Shown here one piece after another: positions 43,867 through 53,630 of a DNA stretch of 64,000 nt. The stretch is from a virus, in IMG/VR virus record IMGVR_UViG_3300048593_000672, positions 1 to 64,000 of that record, one strand, 5' to 3'. A program made the translations under genes and the position numbers. Every line of letters starts with the position of its first letter. Positions within the stretch are counted from its first letter, which is position 1. Under the pieces are notes generated by a model. It had not been told where the DNA came from, searched no databases, and saw only the letters and a program-made list of their open reading frames with translations.

Positions 43867-44114
43867 AAAATATGATTGATCAAGATTATCGAAACTTTCG
43901 CATCCGTGATTTGGCTGAACGTATCCTTTTTGCTGGTGTTAATGCACACTCAACATTTATTGTAAACAGCACTGTCTACAATGCTGTCTCATCTGCATAC
44001 AACTACGCTAAACAGTTAGTTGATTATGGCATTCAACACTATCCTATTGTCACCGACGAATGTGGGGATGAAGAACCAGTCACCGCAGGCACCACCTTGC
44101 AGGATAGTTTATAA

Positions 44115-44534
44115 ATGCTAGCCCCAATAATTATTAAAAGTCCCAAAAAAACTTACGCTACTAAATCAGAACATGATGAACAGGCTGAGTTCGTAGCTTG
44201 GTTTAAAAAGCTTTATCCCAACGTAGGTATTTTTGCTATTCCCAACGGTGCTAATTTGTCGGGGGATAAAAGTGGCAATCAACAAAAAGATGCTGCTGCT
44301 AGGGCTAAACAATGGCGGTATCTTGTAGCGGAGGGAGCCAGTAAAGGTCATCCTGATCTACAAATACCAGCGTGGAAAATTGTGATTGAATTTAAAAAAG
44401 CCAAGGGTGGTGTAGTCAGTCCCGAACAAGAGGATTGGCTAAGATATTACCGTTCAATTGGATGGAATGCTGTTGTTTGTTATGGCGCATCTCAAGCTAA
44501 AGATTTTATTAATGGTTTTGTTAGGAGGATGTGA
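44115..44534 (+). CDS. VRR-NUC nuclease (Holliday junction resolvase-like)
   Basis: EHDEQ, FAIPNG, GHPDL, IEFK..GG.VSPEQ..W. Confidence 0.9.
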   Translation: MLAPIIIKSPKKTYATKSEHDEQAEFVAWFKKLYPNVGIFAIPNGANLSGDKSGNQQKDAAARAKQWRYLVAEGASKGHPDLQIPAWKIVIEFKKAKGGVVSPEQEDWLRYYRSIGWNAVVCYGASQAKDFINGFVRRM

Positions 44535-44911
44535 TGTTAATACTTATTATTTGCATTATCGCCCTTCCCCTATTCCTTCTCGTTGGTATTTTATCAGTTA
44601 GTTATTGGTATCCCCCGCAAGGTTATCAAGCTAAAACTGATAAGCCAGTGGGGAAACTACCAAATTTTAAAAGCTCTGTAAATAAAAACTATGGGAATTA
44701 AAACTTTTGATATTAGAGAACACGACAAAGCCAGAGGAGAGAAGTTTGAAGTCAACAATTTCTCTCTTACTTATGATCGTGATTATGGAATTGATCGCCG
44801 TAGCGGTTGGACTGTAGTGATTGATGGCGTAGTCGTTGTTCAGCTTACTTTCATCTGGAAAGCCCTATTTTTATGCGCTAAATCTCTTTTTTTTCGGGAA
44901 TACGCTGATAA

Positions 44912-45595
44912 CTAAACCCCCCTAATCCTTAAACTCTTAAAGGGCAACATCATGTAGTCAGGAATTTGGCCAATTAACGTTGGGTCGGTGGCGTATTTGA
45001 TTCTAAATTCATCAAAGGGTACATTCAATTCACTTACGCCTTTAAACACCCCAGACTGCACAATATAAGTGAGAATAGCACCAGCAGAAGCCTTTAGTTG
45101 ATTGATTTCTTGTGTGTCTTGGGTAAAATCAAACCCCGCCCAATACTCACACTTGTAATCAGTAAATCCGCTTTGCTGGTATCCTCCACGCAAATAACTG
45201 GATTGCCAGCCAGAACTTATTAGATTGATATTGGAATAGTTAAGAAAGATTTGATTATTGCTATCTAAAATAAACTCATCATCCGTGAGCGATCGCCAAC
45301 TCCCTGGCGGAACTGCCCGATTGAAAGTGTCAACTACATTCCCCCCAATCCTGACTGACAGGGCAAAGGGGTGATCGTCGTCAATCAGAATAGGAAAATG
45401 CTGTAGAAAGAAAGATTGAGTTTTAAAATTTAGCTTACGAGTTTCGGTGCGAAGGGCAAGGTCTAACGGACGGCCCGCCCCCGCCTCCGACTCTAGGATA
45501 GATTGCAAATAGTAAAATGCCCCAGTTAAAGCGTCACTGGTTAAGTTAACACCTGGGGCGAATAATGGTAAGTCATCCTCATTCAGAATCGCCAT
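44912..45595 (-). CDS. Head-tail connector/adaptor
   Basis: Follows the capsid gene; Y.AGF motif. Confidence 0.6.
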   Translation of the reverse strand: MAILNEDDLPLFAPGVNLTSDALTGAFYYLQSILESEAGAGRPLDLALRTETRKLNFKTQSFFLQHFPILIDDDHPFALSVRIGGNVVDTFNRAVPPGSWRSLTDDEFILDSNNQIFLNYSNINLISSGWQSSYLRGGYQQSGFTDYKCEYWAGFDFTQDTQEINQLKASAGAILTYIVQSGVFKGVSELNVPFDEFRIKYATDPTLIGQIPDYMMLPFKSLRIRGV

Positions 45596-45600
45596 AATTG

Positions 45601-45843
45601 TTATTTGATAAAGCTACAATTACGCTTGCTAATAGGACAGAATCGCTCTCGTTCTGCCGTATCCCCAATATTGCGAGAGAGGGGTTTTTCACCACAAGTT
45701 TCACACAACTTGATAACCGACTTTGGCCCAGTTTGAGTACCAGCAAGATAAGCCCCTGCTGTTTTTGCCAGATCGATAGGTTCGATCGTTTTTTTAGGTT
45801 CCTCAAACGTTTCAAACTTTTCGGTAGTAGGAGTAGTAGCCAT
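45601..45843 (-). CDS. Small Zn-finger-like protein
   Basis: CETC...CPISKRNC; coupled to the capsid gene. Confidence 0.55.
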   Translation of the reverse strand: MATTPTTEKFETFEEPKKTIEPIDLAKTAGAYLAGTQTGPKSVIKLCETCGEKPLSRNIGDTAERERFCPISKRNCSFIK

Positions 45844-45847
45844 ATTT

Positions 45848-47743
45848 TTAGAGTTCAGTTGCTAAGTAACGGACTTCGATTACGCGAGTTTGTTGGGGAA
45901 CATCACTGGTGTCGCTGTAACCAGTTGCATCAACGTCAAGAGGATCAAACGATTCATGGGAGAACCAAGCAAATTCACTGGCACGGTTCCAGAGGATTTC
46001 ACCAGTCCGGCTGCGAATTTCCATTGGCATCCCGACACCACGCGAAATGCTATCAGCACCGAGATTGTAAGTAGAACGAGTCTTTTTAGAGCCAGCCCCA
46101 GTCGTAACATTTTGAACTCCTGGGGTGCCAGGTGCACCCATGCCACGCTCATTCTGAGAGAAAATATGGAAACCAGAAACAACGCCGTGATAGCCAGAGA
46201 TTTGATCAATGTCAGTAATGGACTGCAATGCACTGGTAACACTTAACTGTTCTTCCATCGTTGCGGGGTTTAAGAACGCTTGACGATCAATAGTTACCAG
46301 GCTATCGGCTAACTGATTAAAACTATAGTCGTCAAGGATTTTGGCGTAATAATTCCCTTCGTACTTGGGAATCTTCATTGCAGCCATGTACTCATACTCA
46401 GAGCGCAAAGCAGAAGCCGTACAAAGCCCACCAGAGCCAACCACAAGATTGAGTGGATTAGTTTCAATCTCGTTATTATTGATATAAACAACAGCACTGG
46501 TCGGAGTGATTAAAGACCAAATAGCAAGGTCTTCAAAAATCATGTAGTTACGGGCAATATTAATATCAAACAAATTGAAAATATCAATCGCCGAAGTTTG
46601 CTCTGTGAAGTTGGCGACAAAGTAAGGTTCATTACCAGTTGCACCAATTTTACCCATCCCCCACTCTTTGAGGACAACATCAACAGTGCCAGTTTGCACC
46701 CCTTGACGGTTATCAGTAAGATTGGCAAACGTACCGTTACCAGATAACTGCCAACTAGAAACCGTGGTAGGTGGGGTATTTAGCGCATAACGCCAAACCT
46801 GCATTGTATCGCCCCTGTTTTTTTCCCACTGAATCTTGATGTTGGGAAATTGCCACATAATATAATTGGAACGGTGAGTAAACCGCATCAATCCACTTAA
46901 GAAGGGTAGAAAACCACCGACAATATCAGCAGGAATAACACCAGCGTTAAAAGTTACATTTGAACTTGAGCCAAACAACCCATTCCGTTTCAAGTAATCT
47001 TCATATTCTTGAAAAATGGGAAGATGCTGAAAACTGTTGACGTTGCGGAACTTTGTACCCAAGTCTTTTTCGGCTTCCTTAATATGACTAAAAAGCCACT
47101 GTTGCATGGCAGTACCGTTAGGTTGTCCCCATGAACTATCAACCCCACTGATCGAGTCTCTTACGTTTTTACGAACCTTGGGGGCTGACTCAAGAATGGA
47201 CTGAAACTCTTGAACTAAACGACTTTGGCGATCGCTACGGCTAATCTTCGTAAAAACAGAGCCATTGTAATTCTGACTACGCCCAGTAATCCCAGTCACC
47301 GCTTGCAGATTGTCCATTGCTTGCTCCTGCTGGTGTTTTTCATCCTGTGTTTGTTTTAAGCTGGCTTGCAAATCTGCTACTTGCTTTTTAAGGGCTTCCA
47401 TCTCAGGTGATTCAGCACAATCCTCTTCAATCGCCTGTACAGCCGTTAACTGAGCTTTGGCCGCAATTGCCGCCGCATCAGCCGCTTGTTGGATCATTGC
47501 CTGTACATCTTGAACAGTCATCGTAACTGTCTGGGGAGCGGAAACAGAAATACCAGCAGGGGGAATATCAGTCGATTGCAAGTTGATCGTTGCAGTTCGC
47601 TTAGTCGCTTTTGCCTTAGCCTCCGCCTTATCCTTAATTAATTCATTTAATACTTCAACAGTAGCTACACCCTCCTCAGAGGAAGGGGGTATTACCACTG
47701 TTTTTAGTTCTTGGGTAACTCGCGGCTTTCGGGTAGTTGCCAT
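45848..47743 (-). CDS. Major capsid protein with long N-terminal scaffold-like extension
   Basis: RGDTMQVWRY and VVLKEWG (N4 gp56-like); coiled-coil N-terminus; follows the protease. Confidence 0.75.
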   Translation of the reverse strand: MATTRKPRVTQELKTVVIPPSSEEGVATVEVLNELIKDKAEAKAKATKRTATINLQSTDIPPAGISVSAPQTVTMTVQDVQAMIQQAADAAAIAAKAQLTAVQAIEEDCAESPEMEALKKQVADLQASLKQTQDEKHQQEQAMDNLQAVTGITGRSQNYNGSVFTKISRSDRQSRLVQEFQSILESAPKVRKNVRDSISGVDSSWGQPNGTAMQQWLFSHIKEAEKDLGTKFRNVNSFQHLPIFQEYEDYLKRNGLFGSSSNVTFNAGVIPADIVGGFLPFLSGLMRFTHRSNYIMWQFPNIKIQWEKNRGDTMQVWRYALNTPPTTVSSWQLSGNGTFANLTDNRQGVQTGTVDVVLKEWGMGKIGATGNEPYFVANFTEQTSAIDIFNLFDINIARNYMIFEDLAIWSLITPTSAVVYINNNEIETNPLNLVVGSGGLCTASALRSEYEYMAAMKIPKYEGNYYAKILDDYSFNQLADSLVTIDRQAFLNPATMEEQLSVTSALQSITDIDQISGYHGVVSGFHIFSQNERGMGAPGTPGVQNVTTGAGSKKTRSTYNLGADSISRGVGMPMEIRSRTGEILWNRASEFAWFSHESFDPLDVDATGYSDTSDVPQQTRVIEVRYLATEL

Positions 47744-47787
47744 AATTTTTAAAATAAAAAGCTTTCTTAACTAAATATACTTTAAAG

Positions 47788-48552
47788 TCAAACAAGTTTG
47801 GTAAGTTTTTCATCAAATATTCTGGCACTTGGCACATTCCCCGCCGTCACAAAGCTTAATTCTTTAGAAAAATGGGTGGCGTTATAGAATGCGTAAGGTG
47901 CAATATCCTCCGGCTCAATCTCCCCCCAAGCTGCCAACATCTGCGACCAGAAACCAGGTGGGTAGTGAGGATCATCCTTGCCAAAATCCCCACCACACAA
48001 GGGGCATTCATAACTTTGGTTGCGAGTAATGCCACCAGTAGAGACATCGTTTAGCTGTAAATAACGAATCGCGTTAACGGCAGGACTATCGGCGGGAATG
48101 GCGGCGTAACAAATTACAGCCTGATACTTCCCACACTTTTTGATCACCTCATAGTCAAGACGGGGGTTAATCGAATTATCCAAAATCAGATTGAGTTGGG
48201 CTGGCCCTGGGTTATCAAACCGGAATAACTCAGCATCATAAACAAATCCAAGTGCTTTGTTGACAGTCTCCCAGTCGTGATCCATCGTCAAAACTTGGCC
48301 CTTGTAACTGTCTCTCATTGACTCAAGAGCCAAATCTTGCCAAACCGTCAAATCTTCCCGCAACAGATTGTCACTAGCCAAGATAGGCACACTAATCATT
48401 TCATTGGGGCCAAAATCAGCCTGACCTTTCTTTTTGCAAGCATTTATTAAAGCCAACTGCTCATCAGTCGGATAATCAACACATAATTTTCGGGCGATCG
48501 CTTCTCTATCAAAAATCATCTTACAAATACCAGCGAGAGAACTATATCTCAA
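47788..48552 (-). CDS. Prohead protease
   Basis: MDHDW, DVSTGG, CPLCG, ELSFVTAG; probable start ATG 48519. Confidence 0.7.
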   Translation of the reverse strand: MRYSSLAGICKMIFDREAIARKLCVDYPTDEQLALINACKKKGQADFGPNEMISVPILASDNLLREDLTVWQDLALESMRDSYKGQVLTMDHDWETVNKALGFVYDAELFRFDNPGPAQLNLILDNSINPRLDYEVIKKCGKYQAVICYAAIPADSPAVNAIRYLQLNDVSTGGITRNQSYECPLCGGDFGKDDPHYPPGFWSQMLAAWGEIEPEDIAPYAFYNATHFSKELSFVTAGNVPSARIFDEKLTKLV

Positions 48553-48638
48553 TTATCAGGTAACTTAACTTAGTTGCGTTAAAATAAATAACCCTCGCGG
48601 CGCGTGAACGCCCAGGGTTTGTACACTTAGCACAATAG

Positions 48639-49334
48639 ATGCACATGAACATTGTAAAGGTTTTCGACAACTCTGAGATTCGTTTTGTTGAACATCCCGA
48701 AGGAATCTACAGCTTTGGAATCGTCGCGACGGATTTAGCTGCCATTTTAGAAATTCAAAATAGCCATCAGCTTCCTGTTGACGATAACTGGAAGGGGGTA
48801 GATAGTATCACGACCCCTGGCGGAACTCAGTCTGTGACAGTAATCTGGGAGCCTGGTATTTATCAAGCGTTGGCCAAATCCCGTAAACCCAAAGCAAAGC
48901 CGTTCCAGAAATGGGTCTTTGAAGAAGTCTTGCCCTCCATCCGAAAAACTGGCAAATATGAGTCGATCCCCCAAGCCCCCCAGACCTACATTGAAGCTCT
49001 TAAAGCATTAGTGGCGGCGGAGGAACAAAAGCTGTTACTTGAAGCCAAGACTAAAATCTTGGAAGTTGAGAATCAGCAACTAGCCGAAGCGGTAGATGAA
49101 CTTTTTGACTATAGCTCAATTATCCGTATCGCCAAATTCAATAATGTCTCAGAAAAAGCGTTTGATTGGCGAAAGCTAAAAGCGGCCAGTCAGGTAATGG
49201 GATTAGAAATTAAGCGAGTACCCTGCCCCCGTTTCGAGACAAAATTACTGTACAGCCACGATGCTTGGCGGTTCTGCTATCCAGAAATGCGACTACCAGA
49301 GACAACTACCCTGGTCATTCAGCAAACAAAATAG
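48639..49334 (+). CDS. BRO-N domain antirepressor
   Basis: TPGGTQ, SRKPKAKPFQKWVFEEVLPSIRKTGKY, PQTYIEALKAL. Confidence 0.92.
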   Translation: MHMNIVKVFDNSEIRFVEHPEGIYSFGIVATDLAAILEIQNSHQLPVDDNWKGVDSITTPGGTQSVTVIWEPGIYQALAKSRKPKAKPFQKWVFEEVLPSIRKTGKYESIPQAPQTYIEALKALVAAEEQKLLLEAKTKILEVENQQLAEAVDELFDYSSIIRIAKFNNVSEKAFDWRKLKAASQVMGLEIKRVPCPRFETKLLYSHDAWRFCYPEMRLPETTTLVIQQTK

Positions 49335-49363
49335 CTTGACAACCAGTATTGGGTTTTAACCTA

Positions 49364-49436
49364 TACCCAATACTGGAATCGAACCAGTCATCAACCGATT
49401 ATGAGTCGGATGCTTTAACCAATAAGCTAATTGGGT
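49364..49436 (-). tRNA. tRNA with CAT anticodon (Ile2 or Met)
   Basis: Cloverleaf: ACCCAAT/ATTGGGT acceptor, CTCATAA loop, ACTGG-TTCGATT-CCAGT T arm. Confidence 0.85.
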
Positions 49437-49452
49437 GTTAAGTTTTAAATCA

Positions 49453-49525
49453 GCCCCAAGACTGGATTTGAACCAGTGACCTCGTTGGGAAACCGTATTG
49501 CTCTACTAGACTAAGCTACTTGAGG
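49453..49525 (-). tRNA. Pseudo-tRNA with disrupted anticodon arm
   Basis: Intact acceptor, D and T arms; the anticodon segment is 1 nt short and does not form a 5-bp stem. Confidence 0.6.
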
Positions 49526-49596
49526 ATGTGATCTCATTTATCTTATCACAACCACAATAGCTTGACAACTGAATTTAATTTTGCTATTATTAAATA

Positions 49597-49728
49597 GCTT
49601 GCAGTGGAGCGAGCGTGAGTATATAGCCTGCCCCCTTTCCACGGCTAACACTCAGCCCCAACCCAGACTGACTTACCAAAACAGAATTGAATCCTCAAAA
49701 AGTAAACCCCATCGTTTGGGGTTTTTTG
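49597..49728 (+). ncRNA. Candidate ~130-nt structured small RNA
   Basis: TTGACA-17-TATTAT promoter at 49562-49590, no ATG ORF, terminator AAACCCC-atcgttt-GGGGTTTTTT. Confidence 0.45.
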
Positions 49729-49767
49729 CTAGAATGAGTGGGTTGTCAAGCCGAATAAGCCCTGTCA

Positions 49768-50066
49768 TGATCGAAAATATTACAAGAGGCATTATAATCG
49801 CACTGACGTTTACAGCAATTAATCAGCCACTCACCCCAGACATTGCGTTTGACTTAGGCTACAAAGTTGGAATTAGGAACTGCCTGTATATTGTCCCAGA
49901 TCAAATAGGCAGCAAGCAAGCCCTTGATATGGCCATTCAAAGCTTAATTAATGAAGAAAGGGAAGTAGTAATAAAAATTAATCACATGGACGAATCTTTG
50001 CCTATTGTAAAAGCTCATGTGGCGGGATACGATAAAGGATTAACACCCTGCAAGGATCGACTATAA
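49768..50066 (+). CDS. Hypothetical protein with N-terminal signal-like segment
   Basis: Internal ATG (MIENITRG...) after the terminator; start approximate. Confidence 0.45.
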
Positions 50067-50195
50067 TGTTTATCGCAAAACTAAAAGATGGAACAACTGT
50101 GTCATTTCCAGAGGAAGATTTAGAAAGATTTTTTGATCAAGACGGGGACAATCTACAGCCACAAACCAAAATACTTAAGGCTCGAAGATTGCCGA

Positions 50196-50849
50196 TTAAC
50201 CCACCCACCCAAACTTAAGCTCTAACAAGGATTGATTATCGGGTCTATTCTGGCTAAACGAATATTCAAATGAGCATTTACAATTAGACCGACAATCACA
50301 GCCTTCCCCAATATTTTGCAAAATTCCCTTTGGTTGCCACCCCAAAGCAGCATACTGGGGGCATTGAGCGCAGGGAACTTTACTATTCAAAATACGCCGT
50401 TCGTAAGTAGCACCAGCAAGAGAAAATCCTTCTCTTCGGCCTCTCTCAAACATTCCCCTCGCCGCCGCCGCATATTGATCTAACCTAGCCGTAATTTGAT
50501 TCTCGGTCAATTGTCCCAGGGCCATCTCAGCACTAAACTTTCTTAGATAGCCATATTCCCGCCGCAATCGTCGCCCCACAATCCCATAGTCCCGATACTC
50601 CATTTGACCCGCCCCCAACTTGTAAAGCTGTAAGTTGAGGTCTTTGATGTTCTGGGCTATGTCTGACTCCCATTCGCCTAAACTTAGCCGCCCCTCAAAT
50701 AAATCAGTGGCGATCGCTCTATTTTCCTGCTGGTATTGTTCAATCTGTTTATTAACTAGATCTTTAATTGTGGCTAGTCCAACTAATCGACCCGTTGACT
50801 TATTGCGGTATCGGAGAGTCCTTGGGTCAAATTCAAAATCAGTAACCAT
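50196..50849 (-). CDS. Minor head/MuF-like morphogenesis protein
   Basis: RYRNKSTGRLV, C..C..YA.LGWQP, C.CRSNCKC. Confidence 0.7.
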   Translation of the reverse strand: MVTDFEFDPRTLRYRNKSTGRLVGLATIKDLVNKQIEQYQQENRAIATDLFEGRLSLGEWESDIAQNIKDLNLQLYKLGAGQMEYRDYGIVGRRLRREYGYLRKFSAEMALGQLTENQITARLDQYAAAARGMFERGRREGFSLAGATYERRILNSKVPCAQCPQYAALGWQPKGILQNIGEGCDCRSNCKCSFEYSFSQNRPDNQSLLELKFGWVG

Positions 50850-50884
50850 GTTAAAATGTGAGGAAACTATAGTTACTTAATATT

Positions 50885-51463
50885 ATGCCTTTTCCCCCTC
50901 CCGCCAAAATCAATGGTATTCGTGCAGTCTCCGTTCCCGGCCAACACTCAGCCCAGGTTTTTAACACTCAAACCCTACAAGCTGGCGTTGTCAGTTCTGT
51001 TAGCTTGACTCGCCCTTCCAATACCACCGCTTATACGGGTGGAGATGTGATTGGGATTGCCGATACAACGACTCCCGCTAATGCTGGTTCTGCCATTCTT
51101 GAATTTACATCCGTCGGCAACACTGGCGAGTTGATCAAAATCGCAGCCTCAACTTTTCAAGTCAATCTGTCATCTGTCCCCGCCAGCATGACATCCTTCA
51201 AGCTCCATCTTTATAATGCTTCTCCTACAGCCATTCTTGACAATGCGCCCTTTGACTTGGTAAGCGGCGATCGCACCAAGTATCTGGGAAGTATTGACAT
51301 TGGCACTCCGGCTGATCTTGGCTCTACCCTATTCAGTCAAGAAGATGCTGTCAATAAACTGGTTAAATTAGTCACCACATCTCTTTACGGTGTAATTGAA
51401 ACGGCTGGTGGTTACACTCCCGCCAGTGGAACGGGAATGACTGTGACATTAATCACTGGCTAA
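50885..51463 (+). CDS. Putative virion structural protein, inverted
   Basis: TRPSNTTAYTGGDVI motif; beta-rich. Confidence 0.55.
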   Translation: MPFPPPAKINGIRAVSVPGQHSAQVFNTQTLQAGVVSSVSLTRPSNTTAYTGGDVIGIADTTTPANAGSAILEFTSVGNTGELIKIAASTFQVNLSSVPASMTSFKLHLYNASPTAILDNAPFDLVSGDRTKYLGSIDIGTPADLGSTLFSQEDAVNKLVKLVTTSLYGVIETAGGYTPASGTGMTVTLITG

Positions 51464-51734
51464 AATCTGGCAGTTCAACTTCTTGACAAGCCAATTTATG
51501 CGTTGAATCCGATAAAAACCGAATCCTCCCATCTGTCACTAATGAGTGGCAGATTTTTTTGGGTCTTGCTTTATCGGTAAAGTCAATTTCAACTAATACG
51601 GAAGGCATAAAACTTGGTTTTTCTAGTGTTCCACTAAAAGCCCATTTACGAGTAGCTGTTGAGACTTCATGAATCTCCCCACAGCCTGGGCATTGGAAAG
51701 AGTAACCATTGTTTGTGTGTTGAACTTTAGCCAT
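51453..51734 (-). CDS. DUF6527-like Zn-binding phage protein
   Basis: CPGCGEIH, KPSFMPSV, CHSLVTDGRIRFLSDSTH. Confidence 0.7.
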   Translation of the reverse strand: MAKVQHTNNGYSFQCPGCGEIHEVSTATRKWAFSGTLEKPSFMPSVLVEIDFTDKARPKKICHSLVTDGRIRFLSDSTHKLACQEVELPDFSQ

Positions 51735-51739
51735 TATCT

Positions 51740-52318
51740 TTAACCCTTACTTGGTTGAACAGTGTGATCGCCGTTGTAACGTCCAGTTTTTTGATAGGAG
51801 ACAATACAGCTTTCGTGAGAATGAAAAATTAATTGACCAATTCTCATCCCTGACGATAACGGAATAGAGCGGTAGCGAGAATAATTTTTAAGCTCAAGGG
51901 TTAATGCTGAGTTACTAAAACCAGCAAAAGCCCATACCGCTAACGAATGCCCAAGCCCTTGACGAGCCAAGGATGACTTAAGCGCAAACTCACAGGAGAT
52001 ATTATTAGGTAGATTAAACCGCTCTTTTGTACAAGCTAAAACAAGTTCATTGGGGGCAAGATAATATTTTTTAGCCAAGTTAATAGCTAAAAAATCTGTT
52101 GATTCACCATTTAAAACAGCCCAAAAATTATCCGCTAACAATCCCCGCACTTGTAACCACCATGCTTTTAGTGGTTGAATCCATTTGGGAGCTTCAACCA
52201 TAATTTTATCCCCCATCAAAACATCAAGACTTGCAGGATTAATCAGGCCGGGATTAAAAGGCTCAATTGCCCCAGTCCGTTCAATCAGTTCTTTGATCTG
52301 CCAATCAACTAAAATCAC
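51740..52318 (-). CDS. dcd: dCTP deaminase
   Basis: INPASLDV, KSSLAR.G, LTLEL.N, GMRIGQL, GRY.G; DPG replaced by FAG. Confidence 0.88.
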   Translation of the reverse strand: MILVDWQIKELIERTGAIEPFNPGLINPASLDVLMGDKIMVEAPKWIQPLKAWWLQVRGLLADNFWAVLNGESTDFLAINLAKKYYLAPNELVLACTKERFNLPNNISCEFALKSSLARQGLGHSLAVWAFAGFSNSALTLELKNYSRYRSIPLSSGMRIGQLIFHSHESCIVSYQKTGRYNGDHTVQPSKG

Positions 52319-52320
52319 TT

Positions 52321-52548
52321 TTATTCCCCCCGTTCAGCGATCATTTGTCGGAGATAGTAAGCTAGATCAAGAGCTTCCTAGTATGCGTCAATCAAAGCAT
52401 TGCGGCCATTGTGAGCCTGTAGAATCGTTCCATATTTTGCCAGACCCATAAACTTTCGATCCTTTATATCAGCCACAACCAAATCGTGAATAGAGAGATT
52501 GTTGTTAGGGTTTGGCTGAGGTTTGTAAACAGATAAATTTTTAGTCAT
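52321..52548 (-). pseudogene. Small helical phage protein with in-frame amber stop
   Basis: KYGTILQAHNGRNALIDAY*EALDLAYYLRQ; TAG at 52378-52380 where this motif usually has Gln. Confidence 0.7.
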
Positions 52549-52726
52549 TAGAATCATTGTTTTTATCCCTTGAACTTTGAGCTAAACCCAGTGAACCAGC
52601 CAATGCAGCAGAAGCAATAGAAGGAGCGATCTTATCCCCCCACGGTGTAAATAGAGAAATACCAGCAAGAGAACAGCCGATTAGTGCTATTCCCATTGGA
52701 GTAAATGAGTTAATAATTTTTTCCAT
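52541..52726 (-). CDS. Putative holin
   Basis: Two hydrophobic helices, charged C-terminus, directly after the endolysin. Confidence 0.55.
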   Translation of the reverse strand: MEKIINSFTPMGIALIGCSLAGISLFTPWGDKIAPSIASAALAGSLGLAQSSRDKNNDSND

Positions 52727-53453
52727 TCAAAAATTTATTAGCTAAAGTGGCAATTAATCTAGCTTTGTCTAAGCCATTGATACATCGTCGAGCGTTGACA
52801 AAATCACGATTATTAATATTGACATAATCAGTTAACTTCTTGCCCGTAAAAGCCCCAGTCTTAAAGCCATGAACTAAGATAAATAAAGCTACGTTAGGCC
52901 CCATGGCTAAGTCGGGACTATTAACTAAATCAATCCCCAATAACTGACTATACTTTTGATAATTAGACCGCCATGTTAGCTGAACATAGCCCCTGCCAAA
53001 GTAAGTCTTGCCAGTAATTGGATCGGGTTTGCCATAAGTTCGACCAACTCCTTTTCCATATTCAGCAATCGGCTTAAAGGTATTAGCTGTTTCATGCTGA
53101 ACTGTTGCCAAGACATAAGCTTTTTGGGTAGTGAGTGTTAAGCCTTGGCGATCGCACTCAAAACGAATTGCTTCGATAGTTCCTTCCTTGGTAGAGAAGT
53201 CATGAGGAACTGATTTGTTTTTGTCAACAGCATCAATTAACTGCTTATAACTTGCCGGGCCAATCTGGTCAAGAAAAGCAGGATCGTGTTGATTGATAGA
53301 CTCCTTAAAATCAGACCAGGCATCCAAAGTCCTTGGGCCAAACAACCCATCAACTATGCCACAATCAAAACCTAATTTATTAAGAGCAGATTGAACACCT
53401 TTAAGTTCGTCATTGCTCAACTCGGATAGTTTTTTGGGTGATGTTAAGATCAT
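52710..53453 (-). CDS. Endolysin: peptidoglycan-binding domain plus GH19-like muramidase
   Basis: VDGLFGPRT; AYVLATVQHET, YFGRGYVQLTW..NY, ARRCING. Confidence 0.9.
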   Translation of the reverse strand: MILTSPKKLSELSNDELKGVQSALNKLGFDCGIVDGLFGPRTLDAWSDFKESINQHDPAFLDQIGPASYKQLIDAVDKNKSVPHDFSTKEGTIEAIRFECDRQGLTLTTQKAYVLATVQHETANTFKPIAEYGKGVGRTYGKPDPITGKTYFGRGYVQLTWRSNYQKYSQLLGIDLVNSPDLAMGPNVALFILVHGFKTGAFTGKKLTDYVNINNRDFVNARRCINGLDKARLIATLANKFLNGKNY

Positions 53454-53630
53454 GTTCTTTTTCTAATGCCTCCAAATTGTTAAATCGTTTCTTCCAAGTC
53501 ATCGTACCAGACCAATAATGAACACCATCAATAAATTGTGTGGAACAGGTGGGGCAAACTTGAATAGCCATGCTTTAGTCCTCATAACCTTTTGTTAGTT
53601 TACTACTAACTAAACTTAGTTGTCAAGCCA

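Noticed and set aside
49581-49767. N-terminal part of the 161-aa ORF 49581-50066
   Set aside because: The TTG start lies within a promoter and the frame crosses a terminator; the internal ATG near 49768 is likelier
52378-52380. Genome-wide amber (TAG) recoding
   Set aside because: TAG ends other genes normally (e.g. 3452, 6459, 9091), long ORFs are intact under the standard code, and no CTA-anticodon tRNA was seen
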